Part shown: positions 1 through 13,289 of the stretch, piece by piece
Numbering within the stretch: position 1 is the stretch's first letter
Layout: every line of letters starts with the position of its first letter
From: Iphione sp. A-MEVVRFRX5
Lineage: Eukaryota
Length of the DNA: 64,000 nt
Assembly: GCA_976226885.1 (NCBI GenBank)
Contig: OZ320320.1
Location: 66,650,001 to 66,714,000, forward strand
Direction: 5' to 3'
Position numbers and translations under genes: made by a program
The notes under the pieces: generated by a model
Databases searched by the model: none
The model's input: only the letters and a program-made list of their open reading frames with translations
What the model was told of the DNA's origin: nothing

Positions 1-756
1 ACGTTTTATATAGGTAGTGTAAAAAAAACAGATTCTGACCTTATTTCGGCTATGATTATATAATCACCACAGTGTCAACATGCACACTGATGAGAATAAA
101 GGGGGGAAAGCCACTATCCTAAAACACAGGAGAAGGAATCCTAGTCTCACGCCGCATACTCTTCACTGCGTGTTAATAACAATACTCTTTCAGAGACAGG
201 TATGAAGTTAATGTGCCTACAAATGATGCATAAGATATATTTACCGACATAAATTTGGCCTCGTTGAATGAAAACAAATTTCATCTGGCGCATACATCAA
301 GTTCCTCACAAAAAAAAAAACCGTATTTACATGTATACAGGACTTTAAAAAAATGAAGAGCTATGGGCGGGGGTGCGACATGTGATTGAAGCACAGAGAT
401 GCATTCCGACTCCACGAACCTGTAGAGAACACGTACAGACAGAGGGTCTCACTCCGTAGAGCCCTAGGCGAGGGGTTGGGGAGGGGGCGAAAGGCAGATA
501 ACTGGTAAACTAATTCGTACAAATGTAATTACAAGTCCCCTCCTATCTATCTAACCCGTAAAGTTGTGAAACGGTGGTGCTCTCAGGATTTGTTAGTGTT
601 GTTTCAAGTGAACATGACACAGGTCCCTATTGGTTTCTTGGTGACACTTCAATGCAAAGATCAGGGCAGAGAATAGCCACCATTTGTTTATATTTACAAA
701 GTAAATACATGTATATAGACATAATGGAATTCAACATGACTCAGAGGTAAGGAAAA

Positions 757-815
757 GATCTGAAACGTTTCGAGACTTTCACTGGTGTTTTTTACCCCCT
801 CCTTCATCAGAACAT
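757..815 (-). ncRNA. Hammerhead-ribozyme-like motif, probably a Penelope-like terminal remnant
   Basis: Minus strand reads CTGATGA-ag-GAG...CTC-GAAA-CGTTTC: CUGANGA core (804-810), a closable GAG/CTC stem II, GAAA (768-771) and palindrome GAAACGTTTC (762-771), as in minimal PLE hammerheads. Stem I pairing is not convincing. Confidence 0.4.
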
Positions 816-3800
816 GAAATATCTGAGACTTTTTCTTTACCATAACTGAACAAGATAGCACCACGCTCATACGTCCTAGCCTCGTCTCACAATATATCTA
901 ATGTAGACCTTAGAATTTGACGTATACACAGAGTTTTATACGACTTGATGAATTCAGTGATTGGAAAAATAATATTTAAATTAATGGTATTATATATCAA
1001 GGACACTACATCATTAAACATATGCGCACATGTAGCATGCTGCACATGTATCTAGTGGTAAAAATAAGACTGACTTAAGCAGATATATGGCCCTAAAAGC
1101 GAATATGCGAGGAAGGACAAAAGCAATTACATCAATCATCAAAAGAAAATCAGTCAGTCGATCATGTCAACGGAATTTGTAACATGCTGACAAATGAAGC
1201 TCGTTTTCATTTAAATATTCCGGGGAGAGTCCCACAGGTTTAAAATAAGCTTAGCCGCATCATATGGTCATGTGTGCGTATTTATTTTGGATAACACTAT
1301 TCATCGTATACGTGCAATTTCCATTCTTTTTTAATCATATACTGAAGCTCTCGCCCAATATTTACATCTGTGCATGCAACTATTAGGAACCCATGACAGA
1401 AATTCAAAACATTCTACAAAAAAAACACTACTCATGGGGTTCCGACTATTCTGTTGCATTCCCATTTTTTTTATTGGTTACACTGAAGACCACAACAGCT
1501 GTTACACTGCAATTCATAGACCGATGCTACTAGGACACACACTATATGTCCGAGGGAATATAAATGTATTACTTTGAGGGTAAAAACCAAGGGCACACTC
1601 TTTACCGTTTGTACCGGACACCGGAGGTATCAATATGACCTAAGTATACATCAAATACTAGAAAATGGGCCACGGTCACTGGAGGGCCCCGGTTATACGC
1701 GCGCGTGTGTGTGGGAGGGGTGGGGGTGAGGTGATTGACATAGCTGTGTAGACAGCTATCTATTGCCGTGTGAGTAAAAGATGGGAAAAAGGGGCTCATA
1801 TTATCCAATAGACCGGAAGGTGCATCGTGTTGCTTTTGACGAGGCTAGCCGAGGGTGGGCGGGTAAGCGGGCAGAGTCTCGTGGTTTATGTGCCCGAGTG
1901 AGATGCACTACTAATACGAGGTGAAGTTCCCACTTACTTCATCTGGGATATTTAGGGCGGGTCTTGACCGTTGGGGCAAAAAAAGGTGCTGCAGTACAGA
2001 GCTACAACGTGCACTTAAAGGAAGCACTATGTTTCGCTCCAGAGGCAATCCACTCTACAAACAACTCATACGACTGGTGATAAAAAAATTGTATCTCTTC
2101 CTGTACTGCATGAACTTGATTCATCACACCACAAATATCTATACGTCGTCGATATGGGTGCAAAACGAGGAGTATTATCTACTGATATGTAATAACTGAC
2201 TGTCAATTATGCACCTACACAGCTGCAACAGTGGAGGCCTGTGGTTGTCAATTATACATATAATGCACACACATACACACACGAATACGCACACACACCT
2301 ACATAGGACAAATTGAACACAAATACACTCAGACAATGGTGCCATATATCACTGTGACACCATGATGATATCAGGGTAGACACTGTATGGGTCTCCTGCA
2401 ATGGGAAAAGCCGAGAGACCCCTTTTAACATCATGAAATGATACCATCTAATTTCCTTTTGTTTTAGATTTCCTATCTGATGAAGGTTCAACTGTCACTA
2501 GTTTCCTGTGAGGGTTATGGAATTCCTTTAGCCCGGAGGATATAAGTTGGCCGGGGGTACCAGTTGGTTCCACGAGCACATTAGTTATGATGCGAACCGT
2601 GTAAGAACCACATGTCACATACGTGTCCATGCATACATGAATATTACATACGTGTAATTACTTCGTGTGGTACGCTTTATGCGTGCAGTACATGTACATT
2701 AACTCTGATTTTATTACAACGTTATCAAAGGCGAAGACCAAAAAGAATAACCATCCAACCTGACACATTTAGGTTCAGATAAGAGGAATGTCGGGGCGGG
2801 TATCCACTTGAGTATTGTACGATAGTACAATATGGACTGGGTTACCCGAACTTTCTATCTTTCCTGTGCATTTCCTGCCGTGGAAGCTTTCTCTCTGTAC
2901 AAACATACATTCTCAGACATGTGCAGATATGGATCGATGAACATGATAACAAACGTCAAAGGGCAGTGACAGGTACAGGGCAGCCATGGAGGTAGGAGGA
3001 GGACGTATCGTGAGGGTCGGTTGGTTGATGTGCCTGCCTGTGTTGGAATGCTGCACGTACAGGACGCATAGCGGCGAAGAGAGGTTTGGACGTGTTCATG
3101 TGGGTACAGATGCAGCAGGTTGCCATGGTTATACGACTGGGGTCGCGGGGCAGCCACCCCCCTCCCCCCGTGCGCCCTACCCCCACCCCCTCAACCCTGT
3201 GCATGTCCACGTGTGGTTCATCGATACAGACCCTCGAATCCACGTACATATCGACTTTAAAACTGCCCAGCCATGACACAGACGGGGATGCACAAAGACA
3301 CTCACCAATTTACGTCATGGAAGACAATACATATATTTCTGCACTGGGTGTTCGTTGAGCGAGTTTAGGAAAAGAATATAATACCTAACAGCTGGGTATA
3401 AAATGATGGCACAATTTAATCAATGACACACATCCCGACACCAGATATATGCACTTAAGTGGACGAAAATTTAATATCGGGACGTTTTACAATTTTGTTT
3501 TCGGAAGGGATGGTTAGTTAAGTTAAATACGGTATATTTCTGCATAATATACCTATTGATTATGATTAATTTCTCAAATCTGCTTAAATGTATACGATCA
3601 ATTGGCTTTAAAAGTATGGCTCCAAATTAGGACACCGTGAATGTTTAATGAAATGGTCTCAACTCTAGATAGCCTTAGTCGATGTATAATACATGAGAAT
3701 GTACATGAATTATACCTAAATGGGTATATGCGTGGAATTCATATCATGGGCATTAATTTTCGTGGTAAGATAATATACCTTTTCGAAGCAACATGGCCAC

Positions 3801-4320
3801 GTCATGTACCTGGATACATACAAATTACAATTGCCATGCGTTCACTCAGGTCTACAACTACGTTTGTGATCCATAACACTAGGTAAAACTGTTACTTTAA
3901 TACACGAACGTTTAACTATACATGTATGAGTTATGTACTCCTACATTAACAAGACTGAATCTACATCTTGCGAAGAAACAATCGTAGATCAGATGTTGCT
4001 CTATTCGTATGAATACAGGTCATTACAGGATGCATTTATCAATACGTCATACTATTTAAATCATTGACTGTTGTTCTCTCACAAGCACATACGGGTGTCC
4101 GATTTTATAGTCATCCATTCGACTGGTACTGTCCTACAGCTAGCTTGCTAGCTGGCTACAGCTTACTAACACTAGATCATAGTAGATGTACACATGTGTA
4201 TGATGTATACGGTGTGTTTCAGTCCAGGGCTGAAGCCAGTGAAGGTAGTGCTTCGCTCCAAAACCGACCCAAAGCCCGACAACTTCCACGTATAACTACA
4301 CCGCCTGACTGTATACTCAC

Positions 4321-4340
4321 GGCTCTAGTTCAGGCACCAT
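4321..4340 (-). CDS. Putative first coding exon of a second gene (MVPELEP...), product unknown
   Basis: Minus strand gtcgaccATGGTGCCTGAACTAGAGCC|gtgagtat: good Kozak context, consensus donor at 4320, and a housekeeping-type promoter immediately upstream. Downstream exons could not be linked with confidence. Confidence 0.5.
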
Positions 4341-4399
4341 GGTCGACAATATCTTCTCGTTCGTGCTCCCTAAATCTTTCAAACCACCACATTAAATAG

Positions 4400-4480
4400 T
4401 CCTCGCAAACGACCCCGCCTTCGTCCGTCTACTCTAACCGGCGGTAACTGCGCACGCGCGACCGGATGTTTACCTCTGAG
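4400..4480 (-). promoter_or_regulatory. TATA-less housekeeping-type promoter
   Basis: CpG-rich patch with GC box CCCCGCCT (4413-4420), NRF1-like TGCGCACGCGC (4449-4459) and ETS-like CCGGATGT (4462-4469), 70-130 bp upstream of the ATG at 4340. Confidence 0.5.
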
Positions 4481-5282
4481 CTGCGCTCGCACATGCCACA
4501 CTATGCCACATGCTCACAGTCCCGACTGAGAACACGTGTTTAGGTGTGCCCGAGCATATTTTTCCAATGTGAGCTATGTACGGCCCGAAGTAAGAAGACA
4601 AGGTAACCATTATCAATGTTTAACAGTATTGAAACTGAGGATCTCCCATACGAGAGGCTGCTAGTGCTAGCTAGTACATCACTGGACCAGTTTGGTTTGG
4701 TGTTGTTCCTTGTCTAGAGATCGGCTGGACTAAAATGATCATTTAGGTACAATGCAGTTAAACGGTCGGTGCATTTAACATAACACGATCACTTGATATG
4801 TATTAGACAATATATAGGGCTGGGGTTTAACATCGGTGTTACGTAGGCCTAAGTACTACACCTTGCTACAGGGGGCTGCACATGATGTCGCAGCTTCAAA
4901 GCCACCGATCACTATTTATGCACTAGCTCTGATCATTCATATCAGTTGTAACACAGTTACTATTGATGAAGATGTATTAGAACGTCTTGTGTGTTCCTTA
5001 ATGAGTGGATAAGTAAAAGGGAGTTACATTGTATTTTGGGGAATGTATATTGTGAAATAAAATACAATGTCTGTACAGTGTATAGATGTTGACGTTTACT
5101 GAGAAAATTTTCGCTTGCACTACACAGGATGTAGTCTGTCTTTCGTCCACTTCGCAATTCTTGGCTTATCAGTAACCACAGCCTTGTGGTTAAAGTAACA
5201 GTAGTTTACACCGTGTCCGGGCGCAACAACAAGATAGTGTGTAAGGTAATGCTTTGCTGCTACCCTGGATACGAGGTGCTAT

Positions 5283-5400
5283 TGACGTCAGAGAGTAAAA
5301 CTTTAATGACGCTTTGTCTGAACAAGATGTGTTTGACAATTGACGGACAACCGTATCCGGCCCGTCCGGTATATAAGGTTGGCAGTCTGAGGAGTTACTC
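5283..5400 (+). promoter_or_regulatory. Candidate TATA/CRE promoter
   Basis: Full CRE palindrome TGACGTCA (5283-5290) and TATATAAG (5370-5377) in a GC-richer patch. A strong donor CAG|gtaaga follows at ~5687, but there is no credible ORF. Confidence 0.3.
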
Positions 5401-5874
5401 GGACTCGCCCGGGTTGCTGCTGATGACGATTGTACCTGTACTATGGAGCTGAAGAATAAAGGCTGAAATCGAACCTGACTCGTGGTGTTGCTTTTGTGCT
5501 ACACAGTGAAGTCGGTATAATACTACACCTAATGCATCCTTACTACATGTATCGTATTAAAAAAGTATACATATATAAAATACAGTATCACTTCATGACT
5601 GGAGAGAAAGTGAGACAGACAGACAGAGACGAAGATAGAGAGAGGGAGACAGAGAGAGAGCCAGAGACAGAGAGATTAAATGCCAGGTAAGACACGACAG
5701 CTGACAAATACATATATATGTGGACGGGAGAAAGAGATAACTACAGTTATCCTCGAGGATCAAACTTAGCTCAATGTCATAATATATAGATGAAAGGTTG
5801 TCAGTGTGGGTAATGTGAATATATATACTAGAAGAAGGTACCGGTACGTAACTTTAGTGCTTAACTTTCAGTCA

Positions 5875-5879
5875 AGAGA

Positions 5880-5919
<40 letters not shown>
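5875..5919. repeat. (GA)n microsatellite
   Basis: Directly visible dinucleotide run; GA/CAGA-rich sequence also at 5605-5675. Confidence 0.95.
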
Positions 5920-5923
<4 letters not shown>

Positions 5924-6146
5924 GTCAGACAGAGACAGAAAGACAGAAACATACAGAGATATGAAGAGACAGGCGGTTAATTTGGCTGAGTCAATTTGTC
6001 CTACCATCTGCTATGTTGCACTGAACTACCTTGGGGCAACATTATCATAGGAGTGTAAACATTCTCCAACTCCATGCCTTGCTATAAGAATTATATCCCC
6101 AGGCTACCAACCCATTCTTGTTAACGGTTGTATGGGAAAGGCCTTT

Positions 6147-6500
6147 GGCCAAAAAGAAAATAGGTGTGTTTCTGGTAACCCGGCCACCCGTACCTAGTAA
6201 ACCTCACCCTACCTAAAAAATTTTTGGCCCCCAAGAGTTTCCAAGCCTGAATTTCCTTAGATATGTGTTTTCACTGACATGTTTTTGGTAAATTCAGTAG
6301 AAAAACAACAAAATCCATGGAAATTCACCAAAAAACTGTAAAACTCATACAGATTGGTCAAAATTCTTGATATTGTCTTTATCATATTTGAAAACCAGAG
6401 GAAGAAACTGGAAAAAATCTATAAAAAAAAAAGATACTCCCCTCCCTACCTAGGTTTTCGGCTGGTCGTTACCAGAAACACACCTATTTTTTTTCTTTAA
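6147..6500. mobile_element. MITE (non-autonomous DNA transposon) with 23-bp inverted repeats
   Basis: AAAATAGGTGTGTTTCTGGTAAC (6157-6179) is the exact reverse complement of GTTACCAGAAACACACCTATTTT (6468-6490). AT-rich non-coding interior; GGCC+poly(A) left end. Confidence 0.8.
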
Positions 6501-7032
6501 CAATGAAGGAAACACCTCCTTCTGCTCTTATAGAATAAAAGACAGACGTTATTTAAGATATGCCCTGTTTGAAACTCTATACAAACGAGGGTCGTATGTC
6601 TACTATTGTTAAGTCTGGGTTACCGTGATGAAGTGTATCAGTGATGGCCTAACTCTGCCATGTCTTGAATATAGAGTACCAATGAAGTAAAGCTGGCTGG
6701 AAGAGGTCCATGCAGCCAAATGGCTCAAATAGAGAAGATGGAAGACATCTACTGTACACCATTCGGGTGAGATCCTATCCCACCGTGTCCCCCACCGTGC
6801 TTGGGGTAGTGGTCCTGAGTAGAGTTCTGGCATTGTTGGGTATCCACTACTGCCAACTACTTCTACATTCTACACGTGAGGGGTGATGTTCCAAATTGCA
6901 CGAAACTCTGTAGAAAAACTTAATCGCTTTCGTTATCCCTAGCCCCTGAGGTAAAGCCGAGCAGCTCACCACCACTAGCAGTACAGTCGCCACCACACCA
7001 CCACCATCACCACCACCTGCTTTTTTAAATCT

Positions 7033-7078
7033 TCAGAGAAAGCCTCCGAGATAATTTCCTGGCCTCTTGTAAAAGGGG
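7033..7078 (-). CDS. Gene A last coding exon (S)PFYKRPGNYLGGFL*
   Basis: Acceptor atcctatcaatttcag|; the phase matches the 8035-8191 exon (AG|C = Ser); TGA at 7035-7033. Confidence 0.7.
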
Positions 7079-7448
7079 CTGAAATTGATAGGATTAAATA
7101 TAAAACATAAACTGAAATGTGTACTATATATACATCTGCTTTCAGCATGTGCCTAACGCACTCACACTCCTGGCCTTACCCTTCATATTATTTAATATTA
7201 TAGGGATGTACCTTGACCTCTATATACATGTATACATCTGCACGACGTACAACAAAAGCCGGAACTTGAGTTTTTCCTCCAGAAAATTAAACATAATGTA
7301 AAATCATATTACATTTTAAACTAGAATGTAAGCAATCCTAAGTACAACCAATCCATGAAGAGAGCAGAGGTAGTTTGCTTTGAAAATGATTCTGTTTTAT
7401 TTGACTGAAAAGCCTTAAGGATGAAATGCATCTAATAACGTTTGTGTT

Positions 7449-7579
7449 NNNNNNNNNNNNNNNNNNNNNNNNNNNNNNNNNNNNNNNNNNNNNNNNNNNN
7501 NNNNNNNNNNNNNNNNNNNNNNNNNNNNNNNNNNNNNNNNNNNNNNNNNNNNNNNNNNNNNNNNNNNNNNNNNNNNNNN
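7449..7579. other. Assembly gap (131 N)
   Basis: Run of N characters. Confidence 1.
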
Positions 7580-8034
7580 ATTGCCACAGGCGGGGAGGCG
7601 GTAAGGCTGAGGCTGAACCTACACATAGGACTTTATGGGCAGCCATATGGATAGTTGAGCAGTCGTTGTGAGTCGACCCGCATACTTGTATAACCTATAT
7701 AATGTTCATGTATGATATATATATATATATACATACATGAACATACGAAACCTATGAAAATAAACATGCACAGTCCTATGAAGGCGCGGGCGTGAATAAT
7801 GACTGCCGTGTCAGGACCGTGTTGACGCTTATAGGTTTAACTTAGACACGCATCCAGGCAAAACTGACGCCTGCCTGACGCTCGCGTCCTGACAGATCAG
7901 CGAACGGATGCGTGTAAAGAAACAATTGAAAAGTGGACGCATCAAGTCCTAGTCGCAAGAGCAGTTCGACTGCGTTTTATAAAGGTGGTTGAATTGGTTG
8001 GGATTTTAGTATCTATATTTTCTTTCTAACTCAC

Positions 8035-8191
8035 CTCTCACATCTGTCGTGGCGGTATGTGGGCGCCGTATAGCCCCCGAACTCACTGAACAAGTCACAT
8101 AGCTGGCTAAAGAAGCCACGCACCCGCAGGGTCCAGCCTGGGGTCTGGAAGGTGTAGCCCAGCGACTCCATGGCGCAGGGACCACGGCGAC
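8035..8191 (-). CDS. Gene A internal exon (G)RRGPCAMESLGYTFQTPGWTLRVRGFFSQLCDLFSEFGGYTAPTYRHDRCE
   Basis: Strong acceptor tttctcctttgtccag| and donor |gtgagtt; 157 nt (phase 1 to 2); GC-rich, open frame with three Cys. Confidence 0.8.
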
Positions 8192-8424
8192 CTGGACAAA
8201 GGAGAAACCCGCCAAGAGAAACAAAAATGCGGGTGAAAAATTAACAGCTGCTATTAGCGTCGTTCATTGCATCCTCACAGGCGCAGACATCTTGAATAAC
8301 AATGCCTATGGGCCTGATTAATAATTAATGCACGCGCGTGCTCATGCACTGGGACTGGCGGTAGGCGCGTGCGAATCACGGGCGGCAAGACGGGCGACGC
8401 TTGGGTATATAGTTCTACGGTAAA

Positions 8425-8441
8425 ACTCCAGATGGCAGCAC
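8425..8441 (+). promoter_or_regulatory. CTCF-like motif
   Basis: ACTCCAGATGGCAGCAC matches CCASYAGRKGGCRS at 12/14, next to a CpG-rich patch (8330-8400). Confidence 0.4.
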
Positions 8442-8980
8442 TTCTGTTATACCACTTCAGGTTATCAATTGAACCATTGCTAAACTAATAGTGCTTTTAA
8501 TGATGCATAAAAGCGAGTTTTCACGACTTTATATATAGTTATACCGATTGAACCCATAGATAATCTATTGATAATCCATAAATGTGTGTGACAGCTAACT
8601 GGGAACGATGGTGGCTATAATGGTTATAAGCTCTAAGATGAGTCCTCTATATGGGCAGCACTACTTGACAGTCGCACAGTAAGCAGTAGTGGAATGTAAA
8701 TACATCCTATTTAATATATATATGCATATATTATTAATACAATATATGACAAAAAGATAAAATACAATAACTTTTTTTTACAGATGGAATTATGTGGAAC
8801 ATGATAGTACAGTCAAACCTCTTTTCTTTATCCGGAGTATCTCCGTTATTTGAAATGTTGTATGGATGATGAAATATCCTGTTGCTAAAATCGCTACCCA
8901 TGCATCTTCTGGTGGGGAAAACATGCATAAAAGTAAATGTATGTAACCCTTTCAAGTAGAAAGTAAAGTAATTAATGTGG

Positions 8981-9930
8981 TTTTAACCTATGTTAGTCAC
9001 TCTGTGATGTGTTCTCTTCCTTTAGGAGGTTGCAGCCCATATTTCACATGTGTGTATTTTACGTATTACCTATTGTAGTCACTCTGCATTCTATTATTTC
9101 TTCCTTTAGGAGGTTGCAGCCCAAGATTCAAGATTCAAGATGTCTTTATTACCAAATCTCCGTTTTTACATGGAGCTCTCCTTGGCAATAGAACAATTAA
9201 CGGTGTGCAGGTAGTAAAGAAGGGGTACGTGCAGACAAGTTACAAATGACAAAATGTACCTGAGTCATAGTTATAGTATTTAAGTTGCCCAGTATGAAGA
9301 GTAACAGTCTAGTCAACAAGAAAATATTGGATAACGAATTTTCGTACAGCTCAATGTAGTGGCAATTATCACAGGCTAATGGATTGAATACAATTGTATA
9401 GGCGCCGATTCTCCGCAATATAAATATCTTATATACTTTAGTTACATATTGTGATTGACATAATCAAATTGTGAAAAAAAACAAAGATACAGTTACGTAG
9501 TTGGCTAGCAGTTCTACACAGAAAAAGCCGTTGATTTATAATTACATCACAGGCGATAGAAGCACATTTTCATCGATCACAAATAGATAATATCACAGTT
9601 TAACATATTATATTGCATAATGACGGTCACACGAACATCTTACCCTCCTGCTAGTTGAGTTTGGCAGATACAGATCACTGGCATTAACTTTTGCGCAGAG
9701 TAGCATGCCTAGAGGCCCTTACATGTTAATAAGAAAACTAGGCGAAACAGCTGAACAGTCGGTAACAGCAGACAATGTTGACATAGACTGCATTGTGTGC
9801 CTCCCTCAGATATTTCTAACGGTATTTTGATAGTACTGTCAGCACATTCGCACATGGATATTTTACTTTTAACCTATGTTAGTCACTCCGAGCTGTGTTT
9901 TCTCTTCCTTTAAGAGGTCGTGGCCCATAT
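8981..9930 (+). repeat. Three diverged copies of a ~60-70 bp motif
   Basis: ...tagtcactc...tcttccttta(g/a)gaggt...gccca at ~8981-9045, ~9070-9125 and ~9866-9930. Confidence 0.7.
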
Positions 9931-12900
9931 TTTGCTCTGACAATGACTGACAATTCCTTTGTTCTCCCTCATCTGGTTAACTGTGTCTATTTTCTATATA
10001 AATTAAGTAAAAATGTACACAAATACACTCCAATTTGTTGAATTCCAGAAATAGTACAATTTATAATGTAAAATAATCGGTTATTTGATTTGAGTCCAGT
10101 TGATGAGAATGTCCAGTTATTGTGACTCCAGTAGGCACGGTTCGACTGTAGATCATGCCTAAACAACATAATAATATCAACTACGTAGGGAGCAGACAGT
10201 GTAATCACTTTGTCACCTATATTCATGTATATGCCAGCTATGTTTGTCTCTGTCTACTGAGTTTGAATGGCCAATCTAATGGGCGCCACACAGCCATCGC
10301 AGACCATAGTGCCTCCTTTAACAATATTGGTTTTCTCTTTTCTGACAGAGTTTTTGTAATGTCAAAATCCCCCTTAGCGTATGAATTTCGGATCCTATCT
10401 ATCGTTCACCAGAAGTTTTCAGATACTCGACTCGAGGTATTCTGCTGACAGCAGATATTCTATGTCTGAAGTTGATGATCCAAGTTGACCATCCCTTTTC
10501 CTGGCCCTGAAAAAAGGCATTCAAATTTATCGGCCACAAAACTGATTTTCCATGTCATTTGATGGATTGGCTCCGGTGCGAGCAATCAGCAGGCCTTCAT
10601 CACAGGTCTTCCTGGGAATTGCTTCTACCCAGACATATTTTCAGCAAGCTACCTAGGAATCAGGAAGTCTACATTATACTCGTATTTCATTATTTTATTT
10701 GATCTTCATTGATGCCAACATACCCCCCTTTATGTATCGGTGTCCTAGATTCTGACAATTACAGAGATATATGGTCCACGTCTCAAGGTATCTCTACCTG
10801 ATACCAATGAATACTTCATTAGTTGTCAACAGCTATATTTACGGTCGACTCACATCACTGTCTACAAATGGAATGTTACTCAGCCTGCTGGCATAATGTA
10901 GGGCTTTTAACTAGATAACCAAAGGGGTCAGCTTGGGAGAGGGACGTGTTGCCAGGCCAACCAAAGACGCCTTCATTCTAGAAATATACAAGGACTTAAC
11001 TGGTGCCATTCGTCATGCCAACTTAGTCAGGGATAGAAAATGATAGGTATCTGCAGACTTGCACATTTCAACATAGCAAAATTGTATTATCTAACTGGTG
11101 CCTTTTGCTGTTTATTCCCTGCCTTGCCATTCGTCAGTTTACTCCATTTCGTATCTTGCCTGCTAGAGCACATGATCAGCCAAGATACAAGGGTTTATTA
11201 CTTGTCAGACTTCACCAGTTTCTTTGTAACGTCTTGGTTCAGATTGCTGAAGTTATGAAGGTGGAGCACAGTACAGCATCCTACCCAGAAGACTTGCTTT
11301 GGCCTTTTGAGACACAACGAGTTATATAAACAACGTGTCGCTTTCAGAATATTGAAAAGATTACACCAAACAGTAACTGCATGTTGCTAGTGACAAATTA
11401 AGATCATGAGATTTGCCAGTAGTTGGAGCAACGACTGCCTTTGACAATCCACGTCGAACCTTTACACCTGTTGTAGCAGTCTTCGGCGGAATACTGTCTT
11501 TTATTTTGTTCTCTTCAATGTGTAGATGCTGCCATACTGGGAGCTGGTGTTTTCTTTTTCCATTGTTGTTTCTTAATGTACATGTACATTTGTTTCAGTT
11601 TGTTAGCAGTTCTGGCCTTTCTGTACGATATGTCATTGTTATATATCTTTTGTTCCAGGATTTTAAAAAAAGTCTACTGTGACAAGAGAATAATGTTATA
11701 TTAATCGTATTCTGTTTAAAATTATCCCAGGCTTAAATCTGTCCGGTAAAACCGGTATCTTCCCTCCGTGCTACTGTCCTCCTTTGTTAAAATATGCAAT
11801 CGGCTTAGCGTTATCAACACTCCAGGCGTTTTCTGCCGCACAAAATGCAATTAAACCATCTGACAATATGTATAGACAGAATTTCACAAGAATCTAGAAA
11901 AAGGCATCAGACACCAATCTTTCAGCCTGTAATGTTGTGTGGAAAACAGAAAAAGGAACAGTGGCTAGTAAGATGCTAAATTTAGCATTAGACCGAAGTT
12001 CGTTGTAGTAAACTTCGAAAGAAAAAGTCTTTATTCATATTTCGACAGGAAATATGGTTTGGGGGATTATACATTAAAAATGCATATCCCCGTAAAATGG
12101 TCTACTCCTCGTTTGAACGCCTAGGATTTATACTATTTATTCACTAGGTGGCTCCATCTATTGCATTTCATTGGAACTGCTGTGCTGGAGACCAGTAGTA
12201 TATGGCAAAGGCCATGTGTCACAGGCAACTTCATGAAGGGTTGATTCGTTCGAAGGCAACATAATCTAGCTTTCCAATAATACGGGTTTTATACTTTAAC
12301 AAGCAAACGTCGACTTTAGAAAAGTCTATCAGTCATTGAAAAAAAAGTGTTCTTGGACCTGAACAGAACAATTCTCAATAATGTAGCGCAAGATTGCCCC
12401 GCTCAGAATAAAGTTCAAGCTGGGTTATAACCCTGATGACCACTGTAATGAAACTGCATCATGAGTAAACGAAGGGGGCATATCAGAATGAGTTCTAGTA
12501 CTCCGGTATTCTGGTTACCCCTTCAGGTATATTCTGGAATAAAAACTATGACTTAGAAAAAATACAGAGCATTATGTAATCTGTTGTTATGTATAGACAC
12601 TGTTATGTTATCATCACCATATACATGTATATAAGGCTGATGTTTTTGGCAAATTAAGAGACACTTTCTCGCTGCACTTTGAGAGAGACACCTAGCAGAG
12701 CTCTACACGAAGAGTGAACCAGATGCCTAGTGGAGGTTCTTTATTGCCTAACTTGTCCATAATCCATCAATCACTGGACCAGGACCATGTTACAATATGA
12801 TACTGGTGGGAGCTCCATACCTCATCTTAACCCCTTCCAGACTGCCAGAAGCTTTTGGAATAGGTAACTGTAATTAGACCTGCAGGATATACTACAAGAG

Positions 12901-13289
12901 ATGTTTGGTAATATTATAATATATCATGTGAAATCCCTTGTATTGCATGCTATTTTGAAAATATTTTCATTTAATTTTTTTGTGGTCATAGCACTTAGAC
13001 AGGCTTCAAAGTATAATATTATTTAGGAAATGTACATTCAATTTACTCGCATTTACAGTACTAACAGGTAAACATAAAAAAAATATTTCTCCTTAAAGAA
13101 AATATTCAATTACGAAAGTTTGATTAGATGATTTCTGATGTTCTAAAACCTAATTTTTCTGTGTATGTGATCTGAAGAAATTGACAGACTTTTGGAATGT
13201 AATGAGACTTTTTGGAATGTAATGATAAACATTTTATGCAGTAATTACATGTAATTGCATTTGTTAATAAAGAAGGTTATACCAGATCA

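Noticed and set aside
87-112. CTGATGAG strings at 87, ~21420 and ~35815 as hammerheads
   Set aside because: No pairable stem II followed by GAAA.
1938-3338. Candidate downstream exons of the MVPELEP gene (3306-3338, NICIVFHDVNW; 1938-2054, SGLPLERN...)
   Set aside because: Each is open with plausible GT-AG, but the phases do not chain (2 then 0) and no recognisable protein results.
7033-8060. Similarity of DRCESPFYKR to ALKAL/augmentor RECSTPAYYKRC
   Set aside because: Cys number and spacing do not match.
10440-11700. Possible Gypsy integrase/protease relic (KYVWVEAIPRKT, SLLGR)
   Set aside because: Only isolated short matches; no DDE spacing, LTRs or RT could be traced.
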